Shown here: positions 25,363 to 26,322 of the stretch, piece by piece
Layout of the letters: every line of letters begins with the position of its first letter
Numbering within the stretch: position 1 is the first letter of the stretch
From: a candidate division WOR-3 bacterium
GTDB taxonomy: Bacteria > Hydrothermota > Hydrothermia > LBFQ01
DNA: 26,322 nucleotides
Assembly (NCBI GenBank): GCA_027050205.1
Contig: JALUCS010000122.1
Location: 1-26,322 of the forward strand
Direction: 5' to 3'
Position numbers and translations under genes: made by a program
The notes under the pieces: model-generated
Databases searched by the model: none
What the model was told of the DNA's origin: nothing
What the model saw: the letters and a program-made list of their open reading frames with translations, nothing else

Positions 25363-25920
25363 ATGAAGGTTAGGGTGAAGGTGGGCGAAGGGAAGGTTCT
25401 GGAGTTAGTGAGAGGGGACATAACGAAGCAGAAGGACATAGAGGCCATAGTGAACTCGGCCAACGCCCTCCTCAAACCGGGCGGAGGGGTCTCCGGGGCC
25501 ATACACAGGGCGGCCGGGCCGCAGCTCTACGAGGAGGCCAAGCGGTACGCCCCCATAAGGGTCTCCGAGTGCGTGATAACCGGGGCCTACTCCCTCCCCA
25601 ACTCCTACGTCATCCACTGCCTCGGCCCCGTATACGGCCGGGATGAGCCTTCCGACGTACTCCTGTCCAAGACCTACGAGAACGCCCTCCGCCTCGCCGA
25701 CAGCAGGGGGATAAGGAGTATCGCCTTCCCCTCCATATCAACGGGTATATTCGGCTACCCCCTTGAGGAGGCCTCCCGCGTCGCCCTATCCACCATTCTG
25801 AAGGTACTCCCCACCCTCAAGAACGTCGGCCTCGTCCGCATGGTCCTCTGGGGGGAGGAGAGCTTCAACGCCTACGCCGAGGCCCTAAAGGAGCTGGTGG
25901 GAGAGGTTGAGGAGGGTTGA
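25363..25920 (+). CDS. macrodomain protein (O-acetyl-ADP-ribose deacetylase / ADP-ribosylhydrolase, YmdB-like)
   Basis: GDIT, IVNSAN, GGGVSGAIHRAAG, IHCLGP, SIAFPSISTGIFGYP; GGAGG SD. Confidence 0.93.
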   Translation: MKVRVKVGEGKVLELVRGDITKQKDIEAIVNSANALLKPGGGVSGAIHRAAGPQLYEEAKRYAPIRVSECVITGAYSLPNSYVIHCLGPVYGRDEPSDVLLSKTYENALRLADSRGIRSIAFPSISTGIFGYPLEEASRVALSTILKVLPTLKNVGLVRMVLWGEESFNAYAEALKELVGEVEEG

Positions 25921-26322
25921 GGTAGCCTTCCGGGCGGTGCATTACTACCGGAGCCTTGGGGGGACGGAGGGTTGCCCCCATACCCACACCTATACGGTTG
26001 AGGTGGCCTGTACGGAGTGCGATGAGGTGGAGGAGGTCTTAAAGAGGGTGAAGGGGGAGGTTGAAGGTAGGTTTCTGAACGACTGGGAGGGCCTACTATA
26101 CCCGGAGCCGACGACGGAGAACCTGGCCGTATCCATCTACGCCCTCCTACCGAAAGGGAAGGTGGGGTGGGTCTCCGTACGGGAGGACGACACCGTTAAG
26201 GCCATATACGACGGGAGGGACGTCTGGGTGATTCTCTTCAAGGCCGACAGAAAACGCACCTGCGCCGTTGGGGTAAAGGGTAGGATGGACGGGAAGGGCT
26301 TCGCCGCCGACCTAAAGGAGGT
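25907..26322 (+). CDS. 6-pyruvoyl-tetrahydropterin synthase / QueD-like T-fold protein, 3' end outside window (absent from ORF track)
   Basis: Manual translation from TTG 25907: MRRVEVAFRAVHYY...CPHTHTYTVEV...FLND...PTTENLA...VSVRE; open to the window end. Confidence 0.75.
   Translation, partial: MRRVEVAFRAVHYYRSLGGTEGCPHTHTYTVEVACTECDEVEEVLKRVKGEVEGRFLNDWEGLLYPEPTTENLAVSIYALLPKGKVGWVSVREDDTVKAIYDGRDVWVILFKADRKRTCAVGVKGRMDGKGFAADLKE

Overview
Compact, GC-rich chromosomal segment of a probably thermophilic, diderm bacterium. The basis is heavy AGG/ATA codon use, an lnt gene and a T9SS-like C-terminal sorting motif; a WOR-3/FCB-like lineage is only an inference. The left ~15.7 kb holds mostly unrelated housekeeping genes: acs 3' end, hemW, tRNA-Tyr, tRNA-Ser, SCO lipoprotein, mtaB, GT2, VOC protein, fabH, lnt, an SsuA-like binding protein, orphan iorB, orphan sdhC, thpR, WD40 and Asp-box proteins, and MscS. 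The right part is accessory-like. It contains a translationally coupled tandem array of six mosaic Uma2/DUF820 nuclease-fold genes with a hypervariable segment, an RNase II-family gene, an orphan McrC-like gene, an ~890-bp repeat-rich intergenic region, and a KaiC-like ATPase/AIM24/HTH-regulator/macrodomain/QueD-like cluster. Across the window, 14 genes start 6-9 nt (10 of them exactly 8 nt) after a TAnnnT box with no room for a Shine-Dalgarno. I used this pattern to correct several start codons. All calls rest on motif recognition by eye; no searches were run.
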